This document shows, piece by piece, positions 1 to 13,596 of a stretch of DNA of 64,000 nt. Source of the DNA: Camelus dromedarius (taxonomy: Eukaryota). The stretch is taken from positions 3,472,001 to 3,536,000 of the forward strand of contig NC_087437.1 in assembly GCF_036321535.1 (NCBI RefSeq), given 5' to 3'. The notes under the pieces are model-generated. The model was not told the DNA's origin and did no database searches. It saw only the letters and a program-made list of their open reading frames with translations. The position numbers were made by a program, and so were the translations under genes. Position 1 is the first letter of the stretch, and each line of letters begins with the position of its first letter.

Positions 1-2799
1 CTGACTTCAGGGACTTTGATGTGCGTCTTCGAATAAAGGAGAGGTCAGACCTGGTTTCTCTGCACTCCATCACTGCTGCAAAACTCACCACGGGAAAGTC
101 CGGGACCCTGGAAGTCCGGGACCCTGAACGTGTCTCCTGCGGCCTTTAGGCATGACACCACCCTGTGTCCGTCTCCCGAGACGTCCAAGCTGTGATCTGA
201 CTCTTCCCAGCAGCCTCGTTGCTGTCAGGTCCACCCCAATGGGAGGAGGACGGCTTCAAAGCCAGACCACAGCAGGACCTGCTGTCAAGGACAATACAAT
301 TTTCATCCTGTCAAATTCACGCCTGGATCTGTCTCAAGAGTCCCCTGGAGCTGTGTGCTGAGTTAGGGTGGCTCTGTACCGAGGGTTTGCAGACCCATTC
401 CCCCCCCCCTTTTTTTTTTTTAATAATAAATACTTCTAGACACCAAAGATGGCTGCAAAGATATCCGCCCCACCTGATCTTCTACAACTTTCTCACTCCC
501 TTACCACGAGATGGCGTCTAGCCCCCCCCCCCCCCCGCCCCCGGAATCTGCGTGACTCTGTCTTGTTTGTCGCCCACGGGACATGACAGCAGTGAAGCTG
601 AGCCGAGGCTCACTGTGCCCCGCCCACCGTGACTGCAGGTGAGCGGTCTGAGCACCCAGAGACAGCCGTGCTGTGGGAAAGCCCAGCCTGACCTGCCCCT
701 AGCTGCTCACGGCCGGCCTCACTTGATCTCACCCCCGCCACGGAAGAGAGAACAACTGTGGCTATTCGGAGCCGCTACATTTGGGGATGGGATGTCATTC
801 CCATGGAGGATGACTGGCCTGGGTCCTGAAATCATCCCTGTGACCGCCGAGGGCACCGCCCCCAGGGAAAGGTCTGAAGGTTCGAGAATGGTCTCCCAGC
901 CCCTCCTGCTCACAGCCCTACTGTGACTCTCTCCCCATCATCTCTGCATCACCTCTAAGTTCCCGGATAGAAAATTTAGGTAACTCACCATCTGTTGCAC
1001 AGATAAGGACTACTTTGAGTTGGCTCTAGAAGCTGAAAAAGGGTCAGATGACATTTAAGTCCTTATTTACTTCCACTCTGGCCGTCTGCTCTGGGTCTCA
1101 GTCCTGACATGGGGGGTGTCAGGGGATGGCAGTGGGGAGGTCACCCTGCTCCACTCCAGACAGCGGGGGCTGCCAGGTCTCAACATGTGACAGGACTAGG
1201 CTTCGTGGGGCCTGAATCTTTTACAACTTGGGGAATGTTCTTTAGGGAAAAAAGAAAATAGAATTAGAGAAAAACCAGAGGGCATATTGATACACGATGT
1301 AAAATCACAACAAATTACAATTTAAGAAAGCTGAAAAATACAAGGGCTGCCCCAGGGGCCCACCTACCTATCCCTATGTTGAAGTCCCTCTACTCCGAGG
1401 CTCCTGCCCTCTGCGCCTGCGCCCCTCTCCCGGCTGCCTCACCGGCTCCTGGTGCCTACCACCTCCAACAGCTGTTGGTTTCTTGCTTCATCACATGGAT
1501 CTGGATTCTCCTCCGATGGCTCCACCTCTCAGTTTCAAAGACACCCTCTTTGGCTCAAACACACCCCCCTGCACCCCGTTTTGGGGTCCAGACTCCCTGA
1601 GACCGCGTTTGCCGACCCTCCTGTCTTCCTTTCCCATCTCACTCAGACCAAACCCTACACCCACAGTCCATCATGTCTCCTGTAACCCACTGCCTTGCCT
1701 CTCTCCTTCCTCGCACTTCTCTCTGCATCGTATCCTCAGCCCTGCTGAACACGGGTGTGGGGGAGACGTGTGTGTGCACCCCCAGCCTGAGGACCTACAG
1801 TCCCACTGTACGCGGGCCGTCTCCAAGCTCAGTCGCGTCCTTCTGCATTTCTTTCATTGACTTGCCTGCCACGTCAAGACCAATGCCTGCCTCGTACCTT
1901 CTGAGGACACCGCCACCCACATCCAGCAGACGGTCTTGCTTCATGTCACCAAGAGGAGATTCCAGCCCCTTCACCCCACTGCTAACGGAGCCCCCTCCTC
2001 CTCTGCACGGCCCTGTCCTCTTCCCGAGCCTGCTCCGCCGCAGGACTGGCCCTCCCCCGGGAGGGCCCCTTAGTGAAGGCTGTGCCCCTTCAGCCACCCT
2101 CGCCCCCTCCAGGTTATTTGTTGAAGGAACAGAAAGGCTCTAAGGCCCAGCTACAAGTCCTTCTTTACTGGCTCTTTTGTCAGGGCTGGACTAGACAGGG
2201 CACCATTGCCTCCTTTCTGATGTCCCCAGAGGCTTAGGAAGCCCTGGAGGAGACGCACCAGGACTCAGAATTATCAAATCCAAGGTCAGCCCAAGGAGAC
2301 CAAGCCATCTTCTCGCCCCTCTGCTCAGTTTCGGGAGAGGACGGGGGTTGGTCAGGAACTTTCTGGGCTATACTGCTTTGGCCAACCCCCAGGCAAGGAT
2401 GGACCACTTTCAGGGGGGAGAGAGGCCCCTTGCTCCTCTGTCCTCCCCAACAAGCACAAGCTGGGCTACACCCTGGGACCAGCCATGTGGGCAGAGACCC
2501 TCCCTGATTCAGAAGCTCTCCCCCGTGAAGACAGGTATGGTGGGTGCAGGGACAAGCTACGCCCCACACATGCGACTTCCCAGCTGAACTGAACATGGAA
2601 GGTGGGGCATCAGCTTGTGTGTGGGCCCAGATCGCTGCATGGCTGGAGGCCACCAGCTGTGTGTGCGCCAATGTTCATGGAGGAGGTAGGCTCTGAGAAC
2701 CCGCTAGGGCCCTGCCTGGGATGCGCTGTGGAGTTTTGCCCCCGGTGCCTGAAGTCGCCGCGGGGCCCTGTGTTCAGAACATATTGCACATACTTCTCA

Positions 2800-2805
2800 T
2801 TTAAT
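2800..2805 (-). terminator. Candidate proximal polyadenylation signal (ATTAAA) for NUDT16
   Basis: The + strand tttaat reads ATTAAA on the minus strand, about 110 nt past the stop codon. Usage is unverified. Confidence 0.35.
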
Positions 2806-2917
2806 CTGTTAGGATCTATCAGGCCCAGGAAAGAAAACATTCCCTTTCTCCTCCCTCCCTCCCTCCCCAGGAGAAAGGCCCTGATCTCGGTATCCACGGG
2901 TCCACCGGGAGCTGCCG

Positions 2918-3531
<614 letters not shown>

Positions 3532-3787
3532 CCACACACAATCTGTCCCCTACTCTCCTAGCCTAAGTGCCAAGGCTTTCCCACAAAGTATCAGGCCACA
3601 TCTCCTACCCAAGAAAAACAGGGGCCTGCCATTATCAAGGAGGACAGAGAAGAAAGAGTGACTTGGAGAGATGTGCTCTAGAAAGAAGCTGTAGAGGCCT
3701 GTAAACAGGGCAGAGGATTGAGGTCTTTGCAGGGAGACCAGGTAGGCTGTCATGAGTCACTCAAATGAAAGATCAGGACCTCAACTA

Positions 3788-4532
<745 letters not shown>

Positions 4533-5751
4533 TCAGGGCGGGGCCTGCGGCGGGGCAGTCGAGGGCGGCGGGGCACCCGGGAAACAGGACACTCTCCGCT
4601 GCTGGGCCTCGGGCCAGGGGCGGGGCCGGCGTCCTGGACGCGGAGGGAGGCGGGTGATAGTGCTGACGTCACAGCCTGGCTCCAGCAGGACCTCCCAGGC
4701 GGCTTGGGGACTGTGACGGAGGCCGAATTTAACTATGTAATAGGGACGACTCCTGGGAGCCCGGAGGGCCAGGGAGTGTGGGGCGTCCTGGGAGCGCTGT
4801 CCGGTTGGCCTGGGTGGACCCGAGCCCCCGGGGAGACTCGAGCCCGGATGAGGCCAGAGTTTCCGGGCGGGGTGAGCGGCTTGTCTCTTTTGGGGACGAG
4901 GGTTATAGGAGGGGTTCGTGGTAAGTTAGTTCTAGCTAGGAATTGGGGTGGTGATGTGGTGGGCGGCGGACACGATGGCCAGGATGCAGGGAAAGAGCGG
5001 TGGGTGAAACCCTGCGCGCACAGAACGGAGACTGTGGAAAGGTCGGAGGTGGAAGGCCCAACGCTTCCTAGACCTTACCCGCACGCACTCAGACCAGTGA
5101 GCCGTGGAGGAAGGTGGGGAGGACTGGTCTTCACAGGGCCTGGAGCTGAGGAACAGGGATGGGGAACCCTCATCCCAGGCCTCCCCACCTCTTCGCAGGC
5201 CTGCACTCTGCGCAGGCTGGCTCTGCATCAAGGGTCAATATTATTTACACACACGGAAAGGAGGCGGCGGCAGCTCCTTGAGAGGGGTTGGGCTTAGAGT
5301 CCCAGCCTCTGAGTGAGAAAGAGCCCAAGAACCTGCCCGCATACAGGCTCATGTCTACTCTCAGACCTATTAAGTGGACAGTGCCCCAAGCTGTGACAGT
5401 AAGAGGTTGAAAGCTCTTAGGACAGTGCCAGGCAGAGGTCCTTGGAGCCCAGGGTGGGGCAGAGTGTTGTGTCTTATGTTAAAGACCCGCTGGTTGGACC
5501 TGAGCCACATTCACCAGGCCAGCATCCTGAGGGGAGTGTGAGACATCCCCGGCCTCATCCTTCCTGGCTAAGTCTTCTGAATAACGTGGCAGAGAAGGCA
5601 GCTACTAAGGTCAGGCAACTGGACTGAGGTGGTAAGACTGTAGGTGTCACACAACTCATCACCCTCTTTGAGTTCTAGGGGGCTTGGAAATGGCCCTAGT
5701 TAAACATTAGAATCACCTTGCAAAAAGCTCATAAAAACTGCCAATTCCAGA

Positions 5752-6016
5752 ATGTAAATTGGTGCAGCCACTGTGGAATACAGTATGGAGATTTCTCAAA
5801 AACCTAAAATGGAACTACCATATGACCCAGGAGTTCTACTCCTAGGTATATATCCGAAAAAAAAATAAAAACACTAATTTGAAAAGATGCATGCACCCCA
5901 ATGTTCACAGCAGCACTATTTACAATAGCCAAGATATGGAAGCAACTTAAGTGTCCATCCACAGATGACTGGATAAAGAAGATGTGGTATATATTGGTGT
6001 GGTATATATTGGGTAA

Positions 6017-6085
<69 letters not shown>

Positions 6086-6534
6086 GATACTACTCAGCCA
6101 TAAAAATGAATGAAATTTTGCCTTTTGCTGCAACATGGATGGACCTGGATATTATCATTTTAAGTGAAGTAAGACAGAAATAAAAAAAATACCATATGAT
6201 ATCACCTATATGTGGAATCTAAAATACACAACAAGCTAGTGAATATAACAGAAACGAAGCAGACTCAGATACAGGCAACAAACTAGTGGTTACCAGTTGA
6301 GGCGGGGGCAACATAGGAGTAGGGGATTAAGAGGTATAAAATATTAGGTATAAAATGAGCTACAAGGATGTATTGTACAACACGGGAAATAGCCAATATT
6401 TTATAGTAACTATAAATGGAGTATCACTTTTAAAAATTGTGAATCACTATATGTACACCTGTAATTTATGTAATATTAACTATACCTCATCCACTATACC
6501 TCAATAAAAATGAATAAATAAGTGAAAGAAAGAC
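5752..6534 (+). mobile_element. 5'-truncated L1 (ORF2 C-terminus and 3'UTR) with an internal (CA)n microsatellite
   Basis: Encodes [30 protein letters not shown] (L1 ORF2 end) and has an A-rich tail. TSD ctgcc(a/g)attccaga at 5738-5751 and 6535-6548. It interrupts a MER5-like element. Confidence 0.9.
6017..6082. repeat. (CA)n microsatellite
   Basis: About 30 CA units with one interruption. Confidence 0.95.
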
Positions 6535-6803
6535 CTGCCGATTCCAGAAGGGTTCCACCCCAGACCACTCAAATCAGCGTCTCCGAGGTGACGCTGACGT
6601 GCAGGTGGTTTAAAACGTGTTTCAGGTGACACTAACAAGGAACCAGGGCTGAGAACCGGTGCCCTGACCCTCACCCCTAACCCTCCAACGGTGACTTGGT
6701 TTCTCTCCTGGATGGGCTTCCTTGAAGGATTTAGGGTCAAGCGAGCCCTTTCCAGAACTTCAGGTGTCGTATTTTTCTTCTAAGGTTGCTTGAGGAGGCT
6801 CTT

Positions 6804-6943
6804 TTTTTTTTTTTTTAAGCATTTTTTTTATTGAGTTATAGTCATTTTACAATGTTGTGTCAAATTCCAGTGTAGAGCACAATTTTTCAGTTATACATGA
6901 ATACACATATATTCATTGTCACATTTTTTTTCGCTGTGAGCTA
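6804..6943 (-). mobile_element. Very short 5'-truncated L1 3' end
   Basis: A T-tract followed by an L1 3'UTR-like sequence, flanked by a perfect 12-bp TSD GAGGAGGCTCTT (6792-6803 and 6944-6955). Confidence 0.85.
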
Positions 6944-7299
6944 GAGGAGGCTCTTAAAAGATGGACTCAGTGATTTCTAAGGCACCATGAAACACTATGC
7001 AACCATGGCAACAGCTCCACAAGAAGATGATTTTGGAGACCAGAGCTTTTTCAGGATGAATGAATGAAGTCCCCGAGACTCCCCCAACCTTGCCTCCCTT
7101 TCCAAATTGCTCTCTGCTTCTGCCAGGGGAGCCAGCCTCTCCCCCTCACCTCCCCTGCCTCACCCTCCGGAGGCAGACGGCGGAGGAGTCAAGGGCTGAT
7201 AGTACAGAGGTAGAGAGGGCCAGGTGCCTCCAGAGCCACCCAAGCTCAAAGCCAAAAATAGCTCAGGGGTCAGCCTCAGGGGATGCGAGAACATATTCA

Positions 7300-9075
7300 T
7301 TGTTTATAAGATACTGAGGAAAAGAATTAAGCACTTATCCCGCTTATATTGGCTCTACCTCAGGGTAGAAATAGTTGATGAGGTGAGGTTTCTCTTTATG
7401 TAGAGGAATCCAGTTATTTAGAGAAGAAAGATGGAGCCAATCAAAAATTTACTCTTTTAAACTTTAAAGAAGTAATAGATCCTTGGAAATGATCATCAAT
7501 AGCTGCTCACATCACAAAATGATGGAAGGACATACCACCTCCTATGAAATATTCTTGCCAAAAAGTTGAATCTGAATCTGGATCTAACCACCATATTATG
7601 AGGATCCAAAAGAACATCTTTTTCAAACATCAGGAAGAAGTGAGAAGGATCCGTGTGGTAGTCGATTAGAGCTGGAGATGTCGGTAAGAATGTGTGTTTA
7701 GCTTAGATACAGATGGTTACGTGTAGACACAATTTGGACACGTGTCTATTCAACAGTTAGTGTACATACACATTTCCTTGCTCTGTCAGCTGGGCGGGCC
7801 TGGAAGCAATGACTCTCCAGAAGCAGCAAGCACGCCCAGGGCCCAGATCTCGATTTCTGTTACCGTTTCCCAATAAAAGGAACCAAGAGGAACCTTGAAA
7901 GAATGGCTGATTCCAGCCCTGGGGACAGACATGGTGGACACGTGGTGAGGCTGGGGCATCTTGTGATGCCAGAGAATAAGGAAGTGTGCCAGAAATCAAT
8001 CAATCAATCAGTGATGAAAAGGACAACAACAACAACAACAACAACATGTGAATGGGAGTAATTCGACGTTGAAGGGACAGGGACACAGCGGCCAACTAAA
8101 AGAGCTCCTTGCGGCCACAGCTGGGACAACCGAGCAAGGAAATGGAGCAGCACTGGATTACAACCCAAAGTATGAAATAATATCTTTGTCTGTCCTGACG
8201 TAAATCACAGGCAAGCACTCGGAGTGTGGAGAAGGCAGATTTCCCTTGCAGAAGTGCTCAAAAGACCTGATGTAGCTACTCTGCCCTCAAGGGGTAAAGT
8301 GCAACTGCACTTCTTCCGTGTGGGCTGGGAACAGGGATGTCCTTCCAAAGAAGCTGGTGCGGGGGGCGGAGGACTTCTTAACTACGGAGGAACCTGACCA
8401 GCATGGCCTTAGCCAGGTGACCCCGTCGGCATCGAGGTGCTAAGTCCTGATGGTGGCATGCGCACCCTTGATGAAGACTGGGTGAGCTGTCTGGGATCTC
8501 AGTGCTACCTTCACAAACTTTCTGTAAATCTAAAACTTCTAAAAGATAGTTTATTTTAAAAAATATATATCAGGATGGTGCAATCAATAAAATCTAGAGT
8601 GAAAGAAACTTTCAAGGACGAATGACCTGGTTTCTTCAATAAATGCATTACAAGGGGAAAAAGGAGGCAGAATCTACACTAAGAGATTGAGGAGACATCT
8701 AGTGATGCGACTGGGCTTTATTTGGATCCTAATCTGATGAAACAAAGAAAAATTAAGACAGTCGGGGAAATGTGAATATTGATCAGATATTTGATATATA
8801 GAAATTATTGATCATTTTAAAGTGTGATAATAGTACTGTGGCTTTTTTAAAAAAAAAGATTCTTTATCTTTTAGAGATGCATGCTGAAATATTTATGAGT
8901 GATATAAAAATAATCCAGTGAGGGGCAATGGGTGAGAGTATAAATAAAACAAGATTCGCTGCAAACTTAACATTTCTGAAGCTAAGTGATGGTTCCCTAA
9001 CGAGAGCTTATTGTATTATTCTCTTTACTTTAATACAGTTTGATGTCTTTCATAGTAAAAAAGTTAAAAATAAAA
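7300..9075 (+). mobile_element. Old L1 (L1MC/L1MD-like) 3'UTR remnant
   Basis: Degenerate L1M 3'UTR motifs (ttttagagatgcatgctgaaatattt; attattctctttacttt) and an A-rich end. Boundaries approximate. Confidence 0.55.
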
Positions 9076-10059
9076 AGATCTTTGACTTCTCACGAAGGTA
9101 AAGGTAAAGGTTATAATTTACATTTGAATCAAGCTTTGCATTTCACAAAACCCTTTCATAGACAGGATCCCTTCTGGTCCAGGAGAGGGAGAGAGAGACG
9201 AGGGTCTGGGCTCACTTTTTAGGCAGAAGGAAGACTGCCACCAGCATCTCCCATCTGCCAGGGAATTTAAATCCTTCCACTTGATCCTCAGGAAGTTTCC
9301 CAGGTGTTTCAAATGCAGAGCCAGGGTTAAGGACCGCTGATTTTGAAGAGTATTGATGTGGGGCAGGGGCACCACCAGAAGAGGGAGCGCTGCCTGAGAG
9401 AGCCCCCGGGGTGGATCCAAAAAGAAGTAGGGAAGGGCTACATGCTGCTGTTTTATTATTATTTGTCAGGCAGTCACATACCTGAAGTCACATCCACAGC
9501 CTTGAAGGAGGTGGCTTCCTACAGAAGCCAGCCGTCTTCTTGGTGGTTTGCAGGTCTGGGCTCTGTGGTCTGGAGCTCAGTGGGTGGGTCCACGTCACTA
9601 GGAGGACAGAACTGTTCAGACACCCCCAGCCGCACCCCTGGGCTTCTCCCCGGGGTGCCCCACAGATGCCTCGAACCAGCACACCGAGGACTGAGCTCCA
9701 TGCTCCTCTCCCAGCCCACCCCGCCCCCGACACCTGCATCTCCTGTGCTGAGACTGGCTTTGCGGATGCCTGCTGCCCACCCCCCTTTCCCAGCCACCAG
9801 GAGCCTCCCAGGCACCCCGCCTGCGCCCACCGGTCAGCTCCCTCTCGTGGTCTCCTCGCTCATCAGGTGCTGGTCCGGTTCCACCACTGCTCCCCAGACT
9901 AACCTCCTGACTGCCCCCTGCCTGGCCTCATCTCAGCCTCTTTAAACGTGCCCTCCACACAGTCTCCTGTGACAGCTCAAAGTCATGCTGCCTTCACGGG
10001 GCCACTTCTAGGGGATTCAGCAGAGAAGACTCCACAGCTCAGTCTGAACCTGGCCTGCT

Positions 10060-10545
10060 GTGCTGGTGACCTGTTGCTGAAACATACTGTAAAATGCAGT
10101 GACTTAACAACAACAAACACCATCTTTCCCCATGTCTGAGGGTCAGGGATTAAGGAATGGCTTCCTGGGTGTTTCTGGCTCTGGAGGTTTCAGTCCAGGT
10201 ATCAGCCAGAGCTGCGGTCAAATGAGGCTGGACGAGGGCTGGACACTGTGCTTCCCGGGCGGCTCACGGTCACGGCCGTTGGCAGAAGCCTGTTTCTGCC
10301 CCAGAGATCTCTCCGCATGGTGGCCTGGCATCCTCATGACCCAGGGGCCGGCCTCCCTCAGAGTGAGGGAGCCAAGACAGAGCAAGGCGGATCCATGTCT
10401 TTGTGACCTGGTGTCAGAAGTCATACACCACGTGCACGTATGTAACGTCCTGATCACACAGGCCACCCACTGCCGTGCGACTGAGTGGGGCACCTATCAG
10501 AGGTGAGGACCCTGGGGCCATTGTGGAGGCCGGGCCCACGCCTCC
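10060..10545. mobile_element. MaLR (MLT1-like) LTR
   Basis: Typical MLT1 motifs (cagtgacttaacaacaac...tctgagggtcaggga...tcagaagtcatacacc). Boundaries approximate. Confidence 0.55.
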
Positions 10546-10704
10546 CTCTCAAACCTGACAAGGGTGCCCTCACACTTTATGAACCACCAGCCCACAAAGA
10601 TGTCACATCCCCAGAACCCACAAGGCTGGGTCTCCTCCCATCTTTGTGTTCTTCATGCCTGCGAGATCTCTGTCCCCTCTCCTGTGCCTGAATTTCCCCC
10701 CTGC

Positions 10705-11275
10705 CTGCTTTACTGAGCTGTAATTGACAAGTGAAAAAACCGTAGCTGTTTCAGGGGTACAACATATACATAGTGAAGTGATTATGGCAATCAAGCTAGT
10801 GAATGTATTCATCACCCCACAGAATTCCTATTTTGTGTATGTGTGTTGAGAACACTTAAGATTTACTTTCTTAGCAAATTTCAAGTGTACATTGATACAG
10901 ATTTATTAACTATAGTTACTATGTTGCACGAGTTCACCAGAACCTACTCATTCTGTGTAACTGAAACATTGTCTCTTTGACCACCATCTCCCCAGCCCTC
11001 CCACTGCCCCCCTGGCTGCTGCAACCACCACTCTACTCTATGCTTTTGAGTTCAACTGTTTTAGATTTCATGCATGTGATCAGGCAGGATTTGTCTTTCT
11101 GTGTCTGACTTATTTCACTTAGCATAGTGTCCTCCAGGTTGATCCATGTTGTTGCAAATGGCAGGGTGTCCTTTTTTCAGGCTGAATAATATTCCACTGC
11201 ATGTGAATGTAAACACATCACATTTCCTTTACACGTTCACCTGTCGACACTTAGGTGGTTTCCATTACCTGGTGA
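10705..11275 (-). mobile_element. L1 3' end fragment (L1MA/MB-like)
   Basis: Antisense L1 3'UTR motifs (gtctgacttatttcacttagcatagtg; gatccatgttgttgcaaatggcagg). Confidence 0.75.
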
Positions 11276-12136
11276 ATTCTTATCATTCAAAACTTTGTGC
11301 CTAAGCTTTCTACTTGGTCCTGGACGGGGCCTCCATACATGGTGAACTAAAATCTACAGAAGAATTAGGTGGTGTCTGAGAAGGGGTGGTGTTAGTAGGC
11401 TCTGTGCTTCTGTGAAGCACTGCTGGAGGTGTGCTGACAGCCAAGTAAGATGGGGTTCACGGCTCATCTGAGCCATTTTGGAAAAAGGTTTTTGGTTTTG
11501 GGTTTGTTTGTTTGTTTGTTTGTTTTTGAGAAGCCACAGAGTCATTTAATCAGATGTAAACTTTACCCCCAAATTTGTAAAAGTCAATGCTAAAAGACTG
11601 AAGCCTAAGGATTTGATGAGGTGTTAAGGGAGGGACGGCAGGAGGAGGAAGGTGTATTGGGCGGTTTACCACCACACTAATCTGCATAATAAACAACCAC
11701 AAACCAAAGTTTGCTTCTGGCCAGGAGTCTGCGTGTTGCCTGGAGCGGCTCTGCGGTAGAATCTCAGCAGCAGAAAGAAGGAAGCCTTCAGAGGGAGCCT
11801 CTGCCAATGGGGTGATAAAGTTACTCTTTTTCTTCCAAAGTTGAGAGCGTCCTACATCGTTATAGCACGTCCGCGTGTGACGCTGAACCTCACTGGCAGT
11901 TTCTTGTGATTCAACATATAGCATGACCTTGCTTGTCCTTTACAACTGTCCTCAGACACAGGCAGGAAACCAGGACTTGGAGGAGACACCTGGCCCTGGG
12001 TCACTCGGTAAACGGCCAGAGTGGCTCTGGAATCCAAGCCAGCTGGAGGTGAGTTCAGCCTGCTTTCTTACACAGGTTGTGGTGGAACGTTTGAAATACT
12101 CTCTCCTGTGTGTCCACCCCACCCCTCTCCCCGTCC

Positions 12137-12250
12137 TGTCTGTCTATCTCTCTCTGTCCTTCTGTTCTGTCCCTCTGTCTGTCTGTCTCTCTCTGTCCCT
12201 CTGTCTGTCTCTGTCCCTCTGTCTCTGTCTCTGTCCCTCTCTCTCACACA
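12137..12250. repeat. (TCTG/TC)n low-complexity pyrimidine repeat
   Basis: Array of ctctgtccctctgtctgtct units. Confidence 0.85.
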
Positions 12251-13394
12251 CCCCTTCTCCGCCTCCTTTTTCATTTCGCTCCTGGCTGCACTCCCCTGTG
12301 ACACGGCACTTAGCGCACATGAGTTACCCTGTCACCGTGAAAGAGGACGGGCTGCCCCCAACCCCCCAGCTCCTCTGGACCCCGTCTGCCTCCTTCACCC
12401 CCAGCCTCTAGAACAGACCTGGAGCTCCAGCCTCAGCCCCAGATGCAGTAAGTAATTAACTCTGTGTGCCTTATCTCTGCGCCACCCACAGTGGCTGGCG
12501 GCACCTCCTCTGCATAATAGAGAGCAGAAAGGTCAGTCAGCATTCGTGAAATAGCTCTATTTTTGACAAAGCAGCCAGGTAGCAGGGTTCTTATCCCCTC
12601 ACACCTGTGACTGATTCACCACAAGCCCCCCTTCCTGGCTCCAAGTCCTCAGTTGATTTCCACTCACCGCCTGGCAGTCTGATTGGTGATCAGCACCCAC
12701 ACTGAGTGTGGCTGAGGGAGAAGGCATTCTCCCAGTAGTAAAATGATAAATCAAAAAGGAAGTTCCTTCTCATCCATCTCATTTTAAATCCCTCGTGGCT
12801 GCTCCCAGGGAACTGACTGGAAAGTAAACAGGAATGGGTGTCTTTTATAAGACGGATATGTGATCCAAGATGGTATTTCTTCCTAACTTTCTTTTCTGTG
12901 AATCCTGGGACGGTGGACAGCACAAATCCAGAAGGACGAGAGGTCTGCACTCTGCACCTGTCTTGCAGGGGCTGGAATATGCCACCCCCAAACCTGCCAC
13001 AGTGGCATAAGGATTATTTTGAGCTGAAAGTAATTAAGAAACAGCTGCTCTGTCCTCCATGTGGAAATGGTGCAGAGCAGGAGGCTTCTCCCAGGCCCAG
13101 GTCAGGGTGTCCACCCCCCCGGAAGCCCAAGGGCACGCGTGTGGGAGTGCTTCTCAGGGAGACTCTGTCTGTAGGCTTCTCTCAGAGGGTAGACCAGGCA
13201 GCGCGAACTGGCCCACCCTCCCAGTGCAGGGGGCGCGCTCCCTGCTCCCAGACGGATGCAGACACTCCTCTTGACAAGGATGGGAGGCAGCGAGGGCAGC
13301 TCTGCACCCACTTTCCAGAACAGAGCCCAGCTTACGGGCGGATGGGTTTCCAGGGGCATCTGTCCACTTGAAGCTGCGTGTTTCTGACGGTTGC

Positions 13395-13596
13395 TTAGTG
13401 ATGGGCCCCTTCTCCCATCGCGATCAGCTTCTCAAAGTAGAGGAGCTGGTCAACCTCGAAACAGTCGCTGGCGCGGGGCACCACTTTTTCCAGAGCTGCC
13501 CGGACCTCTGCCTCGCTGGCTTTCTGCTGCCTGGCGCTCTTGAGGTAGCTGTAGACCTCCTCAAACGCGTCTGCCCCCAGCTTCTGCACCGCCGAC
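13395..13596 (-). CDS. NEK11: NEK11 final coding exon (C-terminus of the NIMA-related kinase)
   Basis: TCTTTGTCGGGCAG acceptor, then (E)SAVQKLGADAFEEVYSYLKSARQQKASEAEVRAALEKVVPRASDCFEVDQLLYFEKLIAMGEGAHH*, which matches the NEK11 C-terminus. Phase 2 fits the upstream exon, and the order matches NEK11-NUDT16 synteny. Confidence 0.93.

Noticed and set aside
96..128. 16-bp tandem duplication (aagtccgggaccctg twice) and similar short doublets near 36395 and 46530
   Set aside because: Ordinary slippage duplications with no repeat-spacer structure. Not CRISPR-like.
9343..9945. 200-aa + strand ORF and a CAG|GTGCTGGTCCGG motif faintly like NUDT16 exon 3
   Set aside because: Similarity is limited to a few codons, it is on the opposite strand, and there is no Nudix motif nearby.
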